Of a stretch of 64,000 nucleotides of DNA, positions 1-11,725 are shown one piece after another. The position numbers and the translations under genes are program-made. Location: assembly GCA_002269645.1 (NCBI GenBank), contig NIVC01003355.1, positions 1-64,000 of the forward strand, given 5' to 3'. The notes below the pieces were generated by a model. That model made no database searches, was not told the origin of the DNA, and worked only from the letters and a program-made list of their open reading frames with translations. Numbering within the stretch: the stretch's first letter is position 1; every line of letters starts with the position of its first letter. The stretch is from Macrostomum lignano. Taxonomy: Eukaryota.

Positions 1-459
1 GATTTGAATTCGTTTCTGTGACACAGCTTACTGTTCCTGCAGTTTGGTTTTCTCTGATATTGTTGACTCTTAAGGTCATTTATGTTCGTACGTTGGTTGT
101 CAATGGAAACGCTTGGCGGGGGGGTACGAAGGGGTTGGAGTGAGAAGTTTTCATGGCCCAACATGTCTTTTCCTTCCCACCTGGGGTGCAGCCGCCCAAT
201 TCTGAACAGCCCTGAACTCTGAGGGCAGGGAATTACTCTGAGTGTACACTGTTGAGAAATTCGTACAGTAACTCAGATGGGGAGAACTTGTGGGAAAAGG
301 ACAGGGCACATAGGAGCACTGTTGTCGACACTGCATTGAATCCATGGAGTCAAGGGAATTTTATGAAAAAAGCTGTCTTGCTATTGGCATTCTGGTATTT
401 TTTTGTCATCAAGCATCCAAGAGAATGTGGAGTGTTATACTCACTGAAGCATCCGTGAT

Positions 460-1350
460 AATGGAGAGCTGTACCCAATAAAGTATCAATGAGAATGGAG
501 AGCTGTACCCAATAAGTATCAATGAGAATGGAGAGCTGTACCAATAAAGTATCAATGAGAATGGAGAGCTTGTACCCAATAAAGTATCAATGAGAATGGA
601 GAGCTGTACCCAATAAAGTATCAATGAGAATGGAGAGCTGTACCCAATAAAGTATCAATGAGAATGGAGAGTTGTACCCAATAAGTATCAATGAGAATGG
701 AGAGCTGTACACAATAAAGTATCAATGAGAATGGAGAGTTGTACCCAATAAGTATCAATGAGAATGGAGAGCTGTACACAATAAAGTATCAATGAGAATG
801 GAGAGCTGTACCCAATAAAGTGTCAATGAGAATGGAGAGCTGTACCCAATAAAGTATCAATGAGAATGGAGAGCTGTACCCAATAAAGTATCAATGAGAA
901 TGGAGAGCTGTACCCAATAAAGTATCATGAGAATGGAGAGCTGTACCCAATAAAGTATCAATGAGAATGGAGAGCTGTACCCAATAAAGTATCAATGAGA
1001 ATGGAGAGCTGTACCCAATAAAGTATCAATGAGAATGGAGAGCTGTACCCAATAAAGTATCAATGAGAATGGAGAGCTGTACCCAATAAAGTATCAATGA
1101 GAATGGAGAGCTGTACCCAATAAATTATCAATGAGAATGGAGAGCTGTACCCAATAAAGTATCAATGAGAATGGAGAGCTGTACCCAATAAAGTATCAAT
1201 GAGAATGGAGAGCTGTACACAATAAAGTATCAATGAGAATGGAGAGCTGTACCCAATAAAGTATCAATGAGAATGGAGAGCTGTACCAATAAAGTATCGA
1301 TGAGAATGGAGAGTTGTACCCAATAAGTATCAATGAGAGTGGAGAGCTGT
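460..1350. repeat. 34-bp minisatellite (GAGAATGGAGAGCTGTACCCAATAAAGTATCAAT)n, ~26 copies
   Basis: Head-to-tail units with period 34 (TGTACCC at 841 and 875); no unique spacers. Confidence 0.95.
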
Positions 1351-2158
1351 AACCCGAGCAACATCCGTGAATTTACAGAAATTGATGTTCTCATTCAAAA
1401 GCATTTTTTATACTGGAGAGCTCGTGATTGTCTTTTGTATGCTCAAACAATCGGGAAAGAAAAAAGGTTTCCTTATATCTCTGTGTTATTTGGTTTATTT
1501 GTGTGCATTGTAAGTACACATTGAGAATGGAGAGTTCTCAGGAATAAAGAACTTTATAGCTTATGGAATAGCAAAGTTATATATACCTTACGAAGGCATT
1601 GGCAGAAAACCCCCCAAAAACATGAAAAGAAGGCTTCACAGTGCAATATCTGATAGAACGTCAACGATATAGATAGAATGCGCAATAGAACATTTGTGAA
1701 TAATATTTTTAAAAGTTTGCTAGAAAAAAACGATAGCACAGAATCAATAGCTTTACAACAGCATAAAAAATGATATTTTGATTTTGAGAAGCATTGAAAA
1801 CCGGCACCCCAGACAACATTGCGCCTGATTAACAGTCGGAAAACCTTGCGTCATCTGACTTTCTAATCATCCGGCATGTACACTCTCTGTGCTAGCTGGG
1901 GGTTGGCCCTCATAGTTGTGAATCCTACGTCAGACGCTCTGTCAGTTTTCATGCAGAAGCCTCAATTTAAATGAAAGTCAGACGCATTTCTCGCTGCCTC
2001 AACACGCGCTGGAAAATAGGCATAAATTACTAGCTTAACGTAAAACGTTTGCATTGCAAGTTAATTGTAATATATATATCAGGTTTTTAAACAAGGCGAA
2101 TTAAATGTTCCTAGCAACTAAGCATTTGATTTAAAAAGCAGAATGAATAAAATATTCA

Positions 2159-4509
2159 TCACAGCAGCTCGCATCCGCAGCAGCAGGTCTGTGGGTAATT
2201 CTCAATGTACACCTTCCTGTCGTCTCCATACACGAAGTACTGGAACTGCTTGTCCTTCCACTGGCAGTCGCACTGGAACACTGGCACTCCGCGAATCACG
2301 TGATTCTGCATCCAGATCCGACCGGTTTGAGCCAGCGCCCGGTGTTCTTGGATGATACTGGCAGACTGCTCATTGACCTGCGGCTCCGGGAACGACTGGA
2401 TCGGGCTCAGCTGCGGCTGAGTGTCCTCAAAAGTACCTGTAGTTTTAATTATACGAGCGTTTAATAAAATTGTATTTAGAACAAAATCGATCACATGCGC
2501 GTCTACCCTTAAAGTGGCCACACACCGTTCCCTGCACGCCTCGAATGAGATGATCCGGCAGTGGCGTTCTCTCCAAAATAAAATCCCTGATGTTCGTCTT
2601 GTAGACGATGGTCATCTGCACGAAGCATTTCACCTGGCCTGTGGCTTCGCAGGTGGGGCAGTGGATTCGGCCCTGACCGCGGCAGTGAAAGCAGCTCCTC
2701 CTGCCGGAGCCGTGCAGAAGCTGCACGCGCTGCGTTCTTCACCGATGCTCCGTTGACCGGAGCCGTGGCAGCTGCTGCAGCGTGTCCGGCCCCAGCCCAT
2801 GCAGCGCAGACAGGTGATCAGTCTGCTGCCGCCGCAGCCGTGACAGGTTCGCACTGACGCCGTGTGCGGCACTTCGCATTTCAGAGTGACATCCTTGAAC
2901 AGCTCCGGTTTGGCTAGCTGTAATGTTGGATCAGGTGAAAAGATACGTCAGTAGATAAGTCCTTTCGGTTACTGACGCTTGTATACTCGGATGCTGCATA
3001 TGGACGGATGCTGCATATCTATTTTATATTGTCTCTTCTCGACTCGCTTGGCGTCAAATTTAATGTAATCACAGTAGAGCTACCAAGGAAGATTCTCTCT
3101 ACAATTGTTTCTGCTGTGTTGGATTGGAGAGACGCAGGCACACGAAATTCAAGAAAACGGATCAAATTTTTTTTTGAGCACCTTCTCAATTAATAATTAC
3201 AGTCGCTAGCCCTCCAGATCGTCGAGATATCCAACAATTCTGTTAGAATGTCGAATTTATCTCATAAACACTAGTGTATTCAATACACCCATGTGCGTCA
3301 ATCAGTACGATCATCGTCACCTTCTGGAACTTCAACAGGTGGCATCATGGGACTAAAGGCACCCTGTTGGGAATTTCTCTGATTTCGGTAATCAAGCGCG
3401 ACATTGGGCAAGTCTCAACTACAAATTATCTTCAAATTATCTTTCAAGCAATCAGTCATCATCCTGACGGCGTCGACGCCTTCACAAGGGGGCACCGAGT
3501 GACTTCTGTTTGTTCTATGGGTAGAAAAATGGCTTGGCATTCCTACTGTTAAGTACATTCCAGTTAGACCACTATAAGCTCAGTAGCGGTTGCACTTGCA
3601 TGCAGTGCTGATGCTGTGAAGGGTAGCCATTTTTTAAGCTGTATGGGAACTCTGAACCTTCATGAACCTTCTAAACCTGCTGATGTTTTACCTGGATTTC
3701 CCAAGGAGCCGGAGGAGCCCCGTTAATTGGCCCGTCTATTGTTTGACCGGGGTGGTATGCCTCCGATGCCCAGTCTGTTGAACGCGTCTCGACGAACGTC
3801 TTTAGCATGTAGTGCACAGCCGTGCTGGCCTGCAGGTTTTTAAATATTAACTCCCTTGCCGCGCCCTTGCCCCAGCAGAGCTTCGAGTCGGCCAAGGCTA
3901 TCAGAGCGTCGCGCGCTTCCGTCTCGCTGATCTTCGCGGTTGGCGCAATCTCCTCCAACGAGTGACTGCTCGTTGCCTGCTGGTAGGACGGCGGCGGCGC
4001 AACGAAGTTCACGCTTGGCGACAGGATTTCGTCGTATCCTGCCGGCGGTGGCGCGATTCAAGTTGCATGGGAAATCAAAATAAAATTGGTTAAGAATATG
4101 AAGCTGGATTGTTTTAATCACCTTGGATTTTTTCCATATCCTGAATTGGCGGTGCAGTAGCTGGCAAAAGAGCTTTTTCGTCGCCTCCACTATCAAGTGG
4201 CATCTCACCTACACCAACGGGTTCACCTCCAGCCTGCGATGGACCACCGTACGGTCCCGGTTGTCCAGGTGTAGCTCCGTACGGTCCCGGTTGTCCAGGT
4301 GGAGCTCCATACGGTCCCGGTTGTCCAGGTGGAACTCCGTACGGTCCCGGTTGTCCAGGTGGAGCTCCATACGGTCCCGGTTGTCCAGGTGGAGCTCCAT
4401 ACGGACTCGGTTGTCCAGGTGGAGCTCCGTACGGACCCGGTTGTCCAGGTGGAGCTCCGTACGGTCCAAGTGGTGCACCGTACTGCGGATTCTGATGCTG
4501 CGGCTGCAT
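2159..4509 (-). CDS. SSUH2: SSUH2-like protein, copy 1 (4 exons; two apparent single-base deletions, either sequencing errors or pseudogenisation)
   Basis: Exons 4509-4122, 4038-3692, 2917-2526, 2436-2159 with GT-AG boundaries at the same positions as copy 2. Contains SSUH2-type motifs (EARDALIALADSKLCW, WASEAY...IDGP...PWEI), CxxCxGxG zinc repeats and C-terminal YPQTCCCGCELL. Exon 3 (392 nt) and exon 4 (278 nt versus 279 in the paralog) are each 1 nt short of frame. Confidence 0.85.
4245..4465 (-). repeat. Coding 30-bp repeat (GQPGPYGAPP)x~7 in exon 1 of SSUH2 copy 1
   Basis: Period-30 nucleotide repeat read in frame in ORF 4114..4509. Confidence 0.9.
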
Positions 4510-4789
4510 ATGATTTTTGGTATTGAACTTATACAGTCGAACACCTTAATTTTTTTCAGTATATAGTGTTTCGGTAAGAACTAGTAAACCGTTCTCTCTC
4601 CAATGATCCGTTTTTATGTTTAAACTTAATACTGTTTTATATTTGCCTCTGTCCTTTCCTCTCCTTGGCCAAACGCCTCCCTGTCTCTCCTGTCTCTCTC
4701 CAGATCAAGCTGTACACTGTGACTCCTCTCCCTCCCTCTTTCTCCCTCGATCCTCTTGGTATTTCAGCGGACATACATGCGATATTGCT

Positions 4790-5172
4790 TTCCTCTCCCC
4801 TAAAGCTGATGCACACTACTTCAGAATAGAAGACGGCTTTATGTCAGGCATGTCCCTAGGCAAAGTAAATGAACAAAAATTATAGTATTCTTTGCGACGG
4901 CACGGCAGTCTGCACCAGACCGGCCCAACGATTGTGCCTGCACTCATCCGAACTGCCTAGACTGCTCGAGCTACAGGACGAGAGCTATCATCAGTAATAT
5001 ACTGAATATACGAGGCTAGTACTATTAAATTAAGGCCAAGTGAATGTCAAGTCAGGCCTTCTGTTGCCGCAATTTTCAGAGCAGTAATGGGCAATATGGA
5101 TCCCTGCGGTGGAGCCCCCTTTCGGGCTGATCCGCGTAAGCCCCTGGCTTTCCTACCCCGTTTAAGAAGAAG
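4790..5172 (+). mobile_element. Possible 3' end fragment of a LINE-like retroposon with (AAG)n tail
   Basis: Degenerate Cys-containing translation, a GC-rich hairpin-forming 3' region (GGGCTGATCCGCGTAAGCCCC) and terminal TTTAAGAAGAAGAA. No TSD found. Confidence 0.3.
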
Positions 5173-5312
5173 AATGGACAATATGGAACTGTAGAAATCC
5201 AGCTGGGAAAGTTCCAAACTAGTTGTTAATTTGCTGAATGACTATGGAATTCTAATGGGTATGATAGCACACCCACATGGGTATGATCATATGGATATGA
5301 TCATGGGTATGA

Positions 5313-5930
5313 TAGCACCAGAGGCGCCAGCACCAGAGGCGCCAGCACCAGAGGCGCCAGCACCAGAGGCGCCAGCACCAGAGGCGCCAGCACCAGAGGC
5401 GCCAGCACCAGAGGCGCCAGCACCAGAGGCGCCAGCACCAGAGGCGCCAGCACCAGAGGCGCCAGCACCAGAGGCGCCAGCACCAGAGGCGCCAGCACCA
5501 GAGGCGCCAGCACCAGAGGCGCCAGCACCAGAGGCGCCAGCACCAGAGGCGCCAGCACCAGAGGCGCCAGCACCAGAGGCGCCAGCACCAGAGGCGCCAG
5601 CACCAGAGGCGCCAGCACCAGAGGCGCCAGCACCAGAGCGCCAGCACCAGAGGCGCCAGCACCAGAGGCGCCAGCACCAGAGGCGCCAGCACCAGAGGCG
5701 CCAGCACCAGAGGCGCCAGCACCAGAGGCGCCAGCACCAGAGGCGCCAGCACCAGAGGCGCCAGCACCAGAGGCGCCAGCACCAGAGGCGCCAGCATTAG
5801 AGGCGCCAGCATTAGAGGCGCCAGCATTAGAGGCGCCAGCACCGGAGGCGTCAGCACCAGAGGCGCCAGCATTAGAGGCGCCAGCATTAGAGGCGCCAGC
5901 ATTAGAGGCGCCAGCATTAGAGGCGCCAGC
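5313..5930. repeat. 15-bp minisatellite (GCACCAGAGGCGCCA)n, ~41 copies
   Basis: Near-perfect period 15; produces the spurious PEAPA/LAPLV ORFs. Confidence 0.95.
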
Positions 5931-6211
5931 CTAAAGATTGCAGAAGAAAAGCATAAAACAAGACGGCCCTCTGCTTCAGGCTCGCTATCGAGGCGCTAAA
6001 TGTACTTGAAACTGTAAAAAGATAAATGGTTGTATTATTTATTCATACAGTGCACGCATTCGTACACACATACAATGATTTCCAAGCCATATCACAGTTA
6101 CACGATTCAAAAGCCGATATTTACAAAACTCCTTCGATAAAAAAGAGTACGAAATCTATTCGTAGCAGAAAAGTCAGCTATAAATGTGTAATGACTCTTG
6201 CACGTCTCAAC

Positions 6212-9200
6212 TCAAAGCAGCTGGCAGCCACAGCAGCATCTCTGCGGGTACTCGTCCGCGTAAACTTTCCGGTTTTCTCCGTACACGAAGTACTGGAACT
6301 GCTTGTCCTTCCACTGGCAGTCGCACTGGAACACTGGCACTCCGCGAATCACGTGATTCTGCATCCAGATCCGACCGGTTTGGGACAGGGCCCGGTGCTC
6401 TTGGATGATGCCGGCAGACTGCTCATTGACCTCCGGCTCGGGGAACGACTGGATCGGGTTCAGCAGCGGTTGAGTGTCCTCGAATAGGATCTGAAGTTTA
6501 CAAAGTTTACACTAAAGTTCATCTGCAATAGACTGACTTCACTGTTATCCAATTTTTTAGATTTTTGCCTTGCTCAGCGGTAAACGGGTTCGGCTGTCTC
6601 ACCACGACCCCTGGTTCGATTCCGTACACGTCCGCATTGTTTTGGGACAATTTTGGACAAGTTCCGGGACGGTCAAACTATTCACACTCATGAGGGCCAA
6701 CTACTACAGCAGAGAGTTTACATGCCCGACGATTTGACGGTTGGAAAGTCAGGGCCGCTGTGCACCCTGTCTGAGAGTGCGTCCTAGCGTACAGTATTGG
6801 CGCGCTTGTATGTGCCAAGGAGTCCGCGGAGCGGGCAGAAATGCCTCAGCACTGATTGCGGGACGATGTCACCGAAGGCAAGGTTCACGGGGGGATTGCT
6901 AAAATGCCATGGCTCCTGGGGGGAGAATGGCTTAAAGGGTGCTAGACAGCTGGCCAAACTTCCCAAATCCCAAAGTTCTCCTAAATCCCAGACTTCCCAT
7001 TTCAGGGTTGATGTTTGTGTTTTTGCACGAGCGTAAAAACTTTTGTTCCTAAGAGGAATTTTTATCCCATATTCTTTGTTGCCTCCCCAATGGGGTGGGG
7101 AGAAGATTGTTTTCAGCAACAAAAACTATACAAGAAGTTGTAGTCAGGTTTTGATAATAATAATAATTAATAATAATTGACTACACCTGCCCCAAACAAC
7201 AGCTCAGCCGCAGCTATTGCGCGGCGCATTTGAAGGCTGCGTACGGCTGTTCAGTCCAAGGACTGGGGGTCGCCATACACCCTCAATTATCCCAGCTATT
7301 ACTGGGAGCCATTTTACAGCTGGGTGAACTGAAGCAATGCAGAGTTAAGTGTTTTGCTCAAGGACACAAACTGTTCCGAGTGGAATATCGGGAAACGAAC
7401 CCTCAACCGTGAGTCCGACGCTCTAACCACTAGGCTACAACCTCCTTTGAACAATTGTCAGTTGTAGGGGAGAAGCATTAACGAAATGATAAATTTAACC
7501 TTTTGATGGTTGTGAAATGGTCTTATTGTGAAATGATTCTCAGTGAGGATCATTTGGCTTTAATTTTCAGTCAATTTGTCGGCTAACAAAATTGCAGCAT
7601 GCGCAGTGAACTGTCGTAGACTCTGTTTGCGGAGGCCTCTCCACACAGCGACAAACCTCTCTTACCAGTCCGGAGACCTCGCGAATCAGCTGATTTGGCA
7701 GCAGCGTTCTCTCCAGAATGAAATCTTTCGCCCGAGTCTTGAAAGTGACAGTTAACTTGACGAAATATTTCACCTGCCCGGCGGCCTCACAGACAGTACA
7801 GGTGGTCCGACCTCTACCGTGGCAGCGTTCGCAAATTCGCTGCCCGTTGCCGTCGCACACGTAGCAGATCCGTCTGGGCTCGTCGTGGTGAAATCCCCGC
7901 GTCGCCCCGGTGCTGTTGCAGGAGTAGCAGCGGTGACGGCCCAGGCCGCTGCAGCTGGAGCAGTGGACGCTGCCGCAGCCGTGGCACCGGTGACAGACGC
8001 GCACAGACGCGGTGTGAGGCACCTCAACGTTGATGACAGTGTCGCGAAACATTTCCGGCGTGCGGACCTGTCGATTTAGAAGTTGCAAAGGACTGGGGTC
8101 AGACAACTAGATAGATCTCACAAAAAAGCTCAGTGCTTGGACTCAAGAGGTAGTCTATCGCTATTGCTTCTAAAGTTTCCCAGGATGGCAGGAACGAAAA
8201 ATGCATCTTTATAGATTAAGACTTCATCTGTAGGCTGTCACTAGGATAAGGTCGCTAGTTGATGTGCATTTTTTTCGTTGATTTTGGATGTTCCGATGAT
8301 AACTATGGCCAAATCCCGTCTCGAATTATCTCGAGATCCGGTCCCATCCCGTCCCGTACCGTCCCGTCCCGTTCCGTCCTGTCCCGACTCCAAAAAGTTT
8401 GTCCTGTCCGAGCAGACAGCTACAGCTGCCTGACGACACGGTCGATTGTGCGTCTCCTTTGACAGAATATAGCGTAAAAGTGATTCTCAAAGCTCGCAAA
8501 GCTTCATATTGCAAAGGAGTAATTTTTTCGGAATTAAAACCTTTTTGAACTTCCTACTGGTAAGCATTACATAGAGCACTTGGGTTTGATCTTCACTCAC
8601 CAGTTGAATTTTTTATGCCTTGAAATCTTTAAATTTTTACTTCTTATCGTAGTGAACCTATATTTATGCGATAGGTAAAGTCAAACTTAAAAGGACGTTG
8701 TTACATTTATTAACACCTAGCTGCCTTCACCCTATTAAAACCTATGAAAGTAGCACACAGGAATTTTATATACGAGCGTATTAATAACCGACCTCAATAT
8801 CCCAGGGCGGCGGCGGGACGCCATTTTGCGGTCCATCAATAATCTGGCCTCGGAACGGTTCCGACGCCCAGTCCGTTGCTCGCGTCTCTAAAAATGTCTT
8901 TACCATGTAGTGCACAGCTGTAGTCTGAGTTAGGCTCTTGATGAGCATATCCTCAGCTGCTCGCTTACTCCAGCAGCATTTCGACTTGGCCAAACCAATT
9001 AATAATTGCCTGGCCTCCATTTCTGTGAGACTGCTGCCGGAGAGAAAGTTCTCAACTGTACTGGTGGCCAGGTTGCTGATTGCTTCTTGGTAGGAGGGCG
9101 GCGGGGCCACGTAGGCTACGTGGGGTTGTAGGATTTCGTCGTAGCCTGTAAATGGTCGTTTGATGGGACGAGATTTGACGGCGACGTGCATCTGGATAAT

Positions 9201-9903
9201 ACATTTTCTGTCATGCCCTAAAAAGGCGTTGCCCTTGTCTAGCGCCCCGAGAAGAAATTATGGTCAGTTTACCATAAATCTCATTAGCAATGGATCAGCA
9301 ACTTACAGTAATTTAGCACAAAAACAAAACGAATATACAAGATGTGTGTCAAGCCAAGTTTAAAAAGGACATTTTGTTGACTAGCAACTTATTTAATATG
9401 AATATATTTTGTTAAGTTGAATATATTTTACACGTAAGCGTCCTCTAAAACCAAGGGTTATCCTAAGTAGGCAGTCAGTTAATAATAGTCTACATGTAAC
9501 TAGCTACCTGTAAGATCTGTACATGTTTCCAAAGTTAAAGCTCACCAGAGATTTTCTCCATCTCGTTGTAAGGTGGAGCACTGGGTGTTGGTGGCTCTTC
9601 CGGCGGCAATTCGCAATTAATCGCACTGATGGTACTCGCCGACTCAAACCAGTAATCTGAGCTATTATGAGCTCGAATTTGGTCGCGCAAATTCTGTTGC
9701 TGCCGCTGCTGCTGCGGTGGTGGCGGCGGCGGGGGCGGCGGCGGCGGCTGTGGCGGCAACTGCATGCCATGCTGCTGACCGTTGTTACTCCACCGACCGT
9801 TTTGTGGCTGCATCGGAATGGGCTGGTACTGACCGTAGGTACTCGGTCGAATGTTTTCATAACCCGGCGGCTGCACCAGAGGACGATTTTGATCAGTGGA
9901 CAT
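6212..9903 (-). CDS. SSUH2: SSUH2-like protein, copy 2 (4 exons, 463 aa, intact)
   Basis: Exons 9903-9546 (358), 9145-8793 (353), 8067-7666 (402), 6490-6212 (279) sum to 1392 nt, with matching phases 1/0/0 and GT-AG sites. Has AAAATG start, CxxCxGxG repeats, ILERTLLP motif and C-terminal YPQRCCCGCQLL. Confidence 0.9.
6566..6635 (+). mobile_element. Degenerate tRNA-derived head (SINE head or tRNA pseudogene fragment)
   Basis: A-box-like TGCTCAGCGGTAA (6571) and B-box GGTTCGATTCC (6613-6623) at tRNA spacing; acceptor and anticodon stems do not pair. Confidence 0.35.
7153..7438 (-). mobile_element. tRNA-derived CORE-SINE, copy 1 (intron 3 of SSUH2 copy 2)
   Basis: Minus strand reads GTAGCCTAGTGGTTAGAGCGTCGG (A box), then GGTTCGTTTCC (B box), a MIR-like core CCTTGAGCAAAACACTTAACTC...CTGTAAAATGG and an (ATT)n tail. 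Homologous copies at 43.7 kb and 49.0 kb. Confidence 0.85.
8340..8386. repeat. Short degenerate (GTCCC)n pentamer tract
   Basis: GTCCCATCCCGTCCCGTACCGTCCCGTCCCGTTCCGTCCTGTCCCG seen directly. Confidence 0.7.
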
Positions 9904-10639
9904 TTTCACGTGGACTTCAAATTCACAAGATTGCACAAAGTATCCAGCTATTTCGCGGTGCAGTGTGTAGTATAATTTTACCTGCGGTTCTCCTTAGTTT
10001 GCTACTATTTTATCTGTAAGACTTGCACACCTTTTTTTACCTGTGCAATCGCAGCTTAGACAGTACTCTGTTCTCTGCTCGCTATCGTTTGCTCTTCTTA
10101 TCCATGGGCGCCAGTGTCCTATACCGGTTTCGGCGCCTTTGGCACACAGTTCTGTGCTCACTACAGCCAAACAAGATCGCTGTGGGGGCAGAGCAAGCAC
10201 TTCAAATGTACCAGTTCAATCTGGCTTAGCGTGGGTACTCTTCCACATTACTGTACGCTTGAGAACTTTTCTGAGCAGCCAACAATGAAAGCAAGGGAGG
10301 CAGAGAGAGAGGGAGAGAGAGAGAGAGAGAGAGAAACTTCTCTACCAGTGGCTCGACGTTTTGGTTTTCTTCCGAGCTCTACAGTACAGACGACTTAATA
10401 GAGTCAAAACAATGGTAGCTCAACTTCTATCATTACTAGTAATTCGTCTACTTTAGCTTACAGCCTAAAACAAAGCTACTAATGGGCAAAGAAATTTTTA
10501 TTTAACGTGCTAATGAACTTTAAGTTACTTACCAAATTATTTACTGCTTTTTTGTCTACTACCTTGACTAACAACAAACAACAACAACAAAATACACATC
10601 GCGCCGGGCACGAGTACGAGCTCGTAGCCCCAATGGCGC

Positions 10640-11196
10640 CAGAAATGGCTTTATACTTAAACGCCGCATGAGTCGGGCGGCATCTGGAGAAGCATCTTTG
10701 TGTGCTCGGCTACGCGAAAGACATCGCGTTGCTGTCTTCAAGACTCGAAGGCGCCTATCGGCTGCTGGATGGTTTGACGAAAGCGGCAAAGAGGGTCGGC
10801 CTCACGCTGAAAACGCAGAAGACTGAAGTATTCACTATGCCGCTGGACCTACCTGCTGAGATCACGTACAGAGATGCTGCCGGGAATGAGACACCGCTTC
10901 CACGCTACCAGAATTTTGTGTACCTCGGCGAACGTCGCTGGACATCGCCAGAAACATAAGAAGGAGACGCGGGCTGGCCTAAGCCGCCTTTTGCTCGGTG
11001 CACTCGGTGCTACGATCTGAGGCTCTGGATGACAGGATCAGGGCTCAGCTGCTTCGGGCAGTTGTTGAGACTATTCTGCCTACAACGCTGAGACCTTGAG
11101 CCTGACGGATGCACTGGAAAAGCAGCTGGACGCCGTGCACTCTGCGATGCTACACTCTGCGTTTGGCGTGCGCTGCAGTCTGAGCTAGAAGTCAAG
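10640..11196 (+). pseudogene. Decayed RTE-like LINE reverse transcriptase fragment, left part (host of the nested LINE)
   Basis: Translates LGYAKDIALLS (degenerate YADD motif), KRVGLTLKTQKTEV and FVYLG, with stops and frameshifts. Continues at 17073 once the insert is removed. Confidence 0.75.
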
Positions 11197-11725
11197 CATC
11201 GGGCTCTACACTAGGGCCCCTTCTAAGGCGGCCTTGCACGCGAAGGCGTATTCAGCATGCCAGTGAAGTATGAGACAGACTAGGCCTACGAGCTAAGGTC
11301 TGCGATGCTTCACGCCTGCCCCCATCTTCAGCAGGTCAAGGCTGGTGGGAGGTCTGCACCCTCTATTTGCCTCTGGCAGCCGCAGACTCCCCCACGCTGT
11401 CTCGCAAGTCGACCCAGGGGTACTCGTCCCCGCGTGTGTTCAAGGCAGACCCTAGGGCTGCTGGACAGACTGGGCTCCGGCGCTGGCGACCCTATCCAGT
11501 GGCTTCGGCCGAATTTGGGTATGCGGGTCTGGCTCACCAGCCTGCAGGCCGTGGTACTGCTTAACGTACCCTCTAATGCCTAAGGTGTTTGACCGTGCCG
11601 ATGGGCTGGAAGGCCGGGGAGTAGTCCGGTCGCTAGCGGTCCTTTTTTCAAACCGGCTGGCTTGAGGTGTCGGCCAGTCGGGTACTCAACTCGCATAACG
11701 AGTAGCCCTCCCCCGCTTTTCAGCT

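Noticed and set aside
1-460. Short ORFs at the window start
   Set aside because: No recognisable motif or consistent splice structure.
460-1350. CRISPR-like appearance of the 34-bp array (also the 31-bp array at 35135 and the 39-bp array at 32085)
   Set aside because: Units are head-to-tail with no unique spacers, there are no cas genes, and the context is eukaryotic.
6026-6487. Plus-strand 153-aa ORF
   Set aside because: Antisense shadow of the last exon of SSUH2 copy 2.
6566-6635. Functional tRNA gene
   Set aside because: A and B boxes are present but the acceptor and anticodon stems do not pair.
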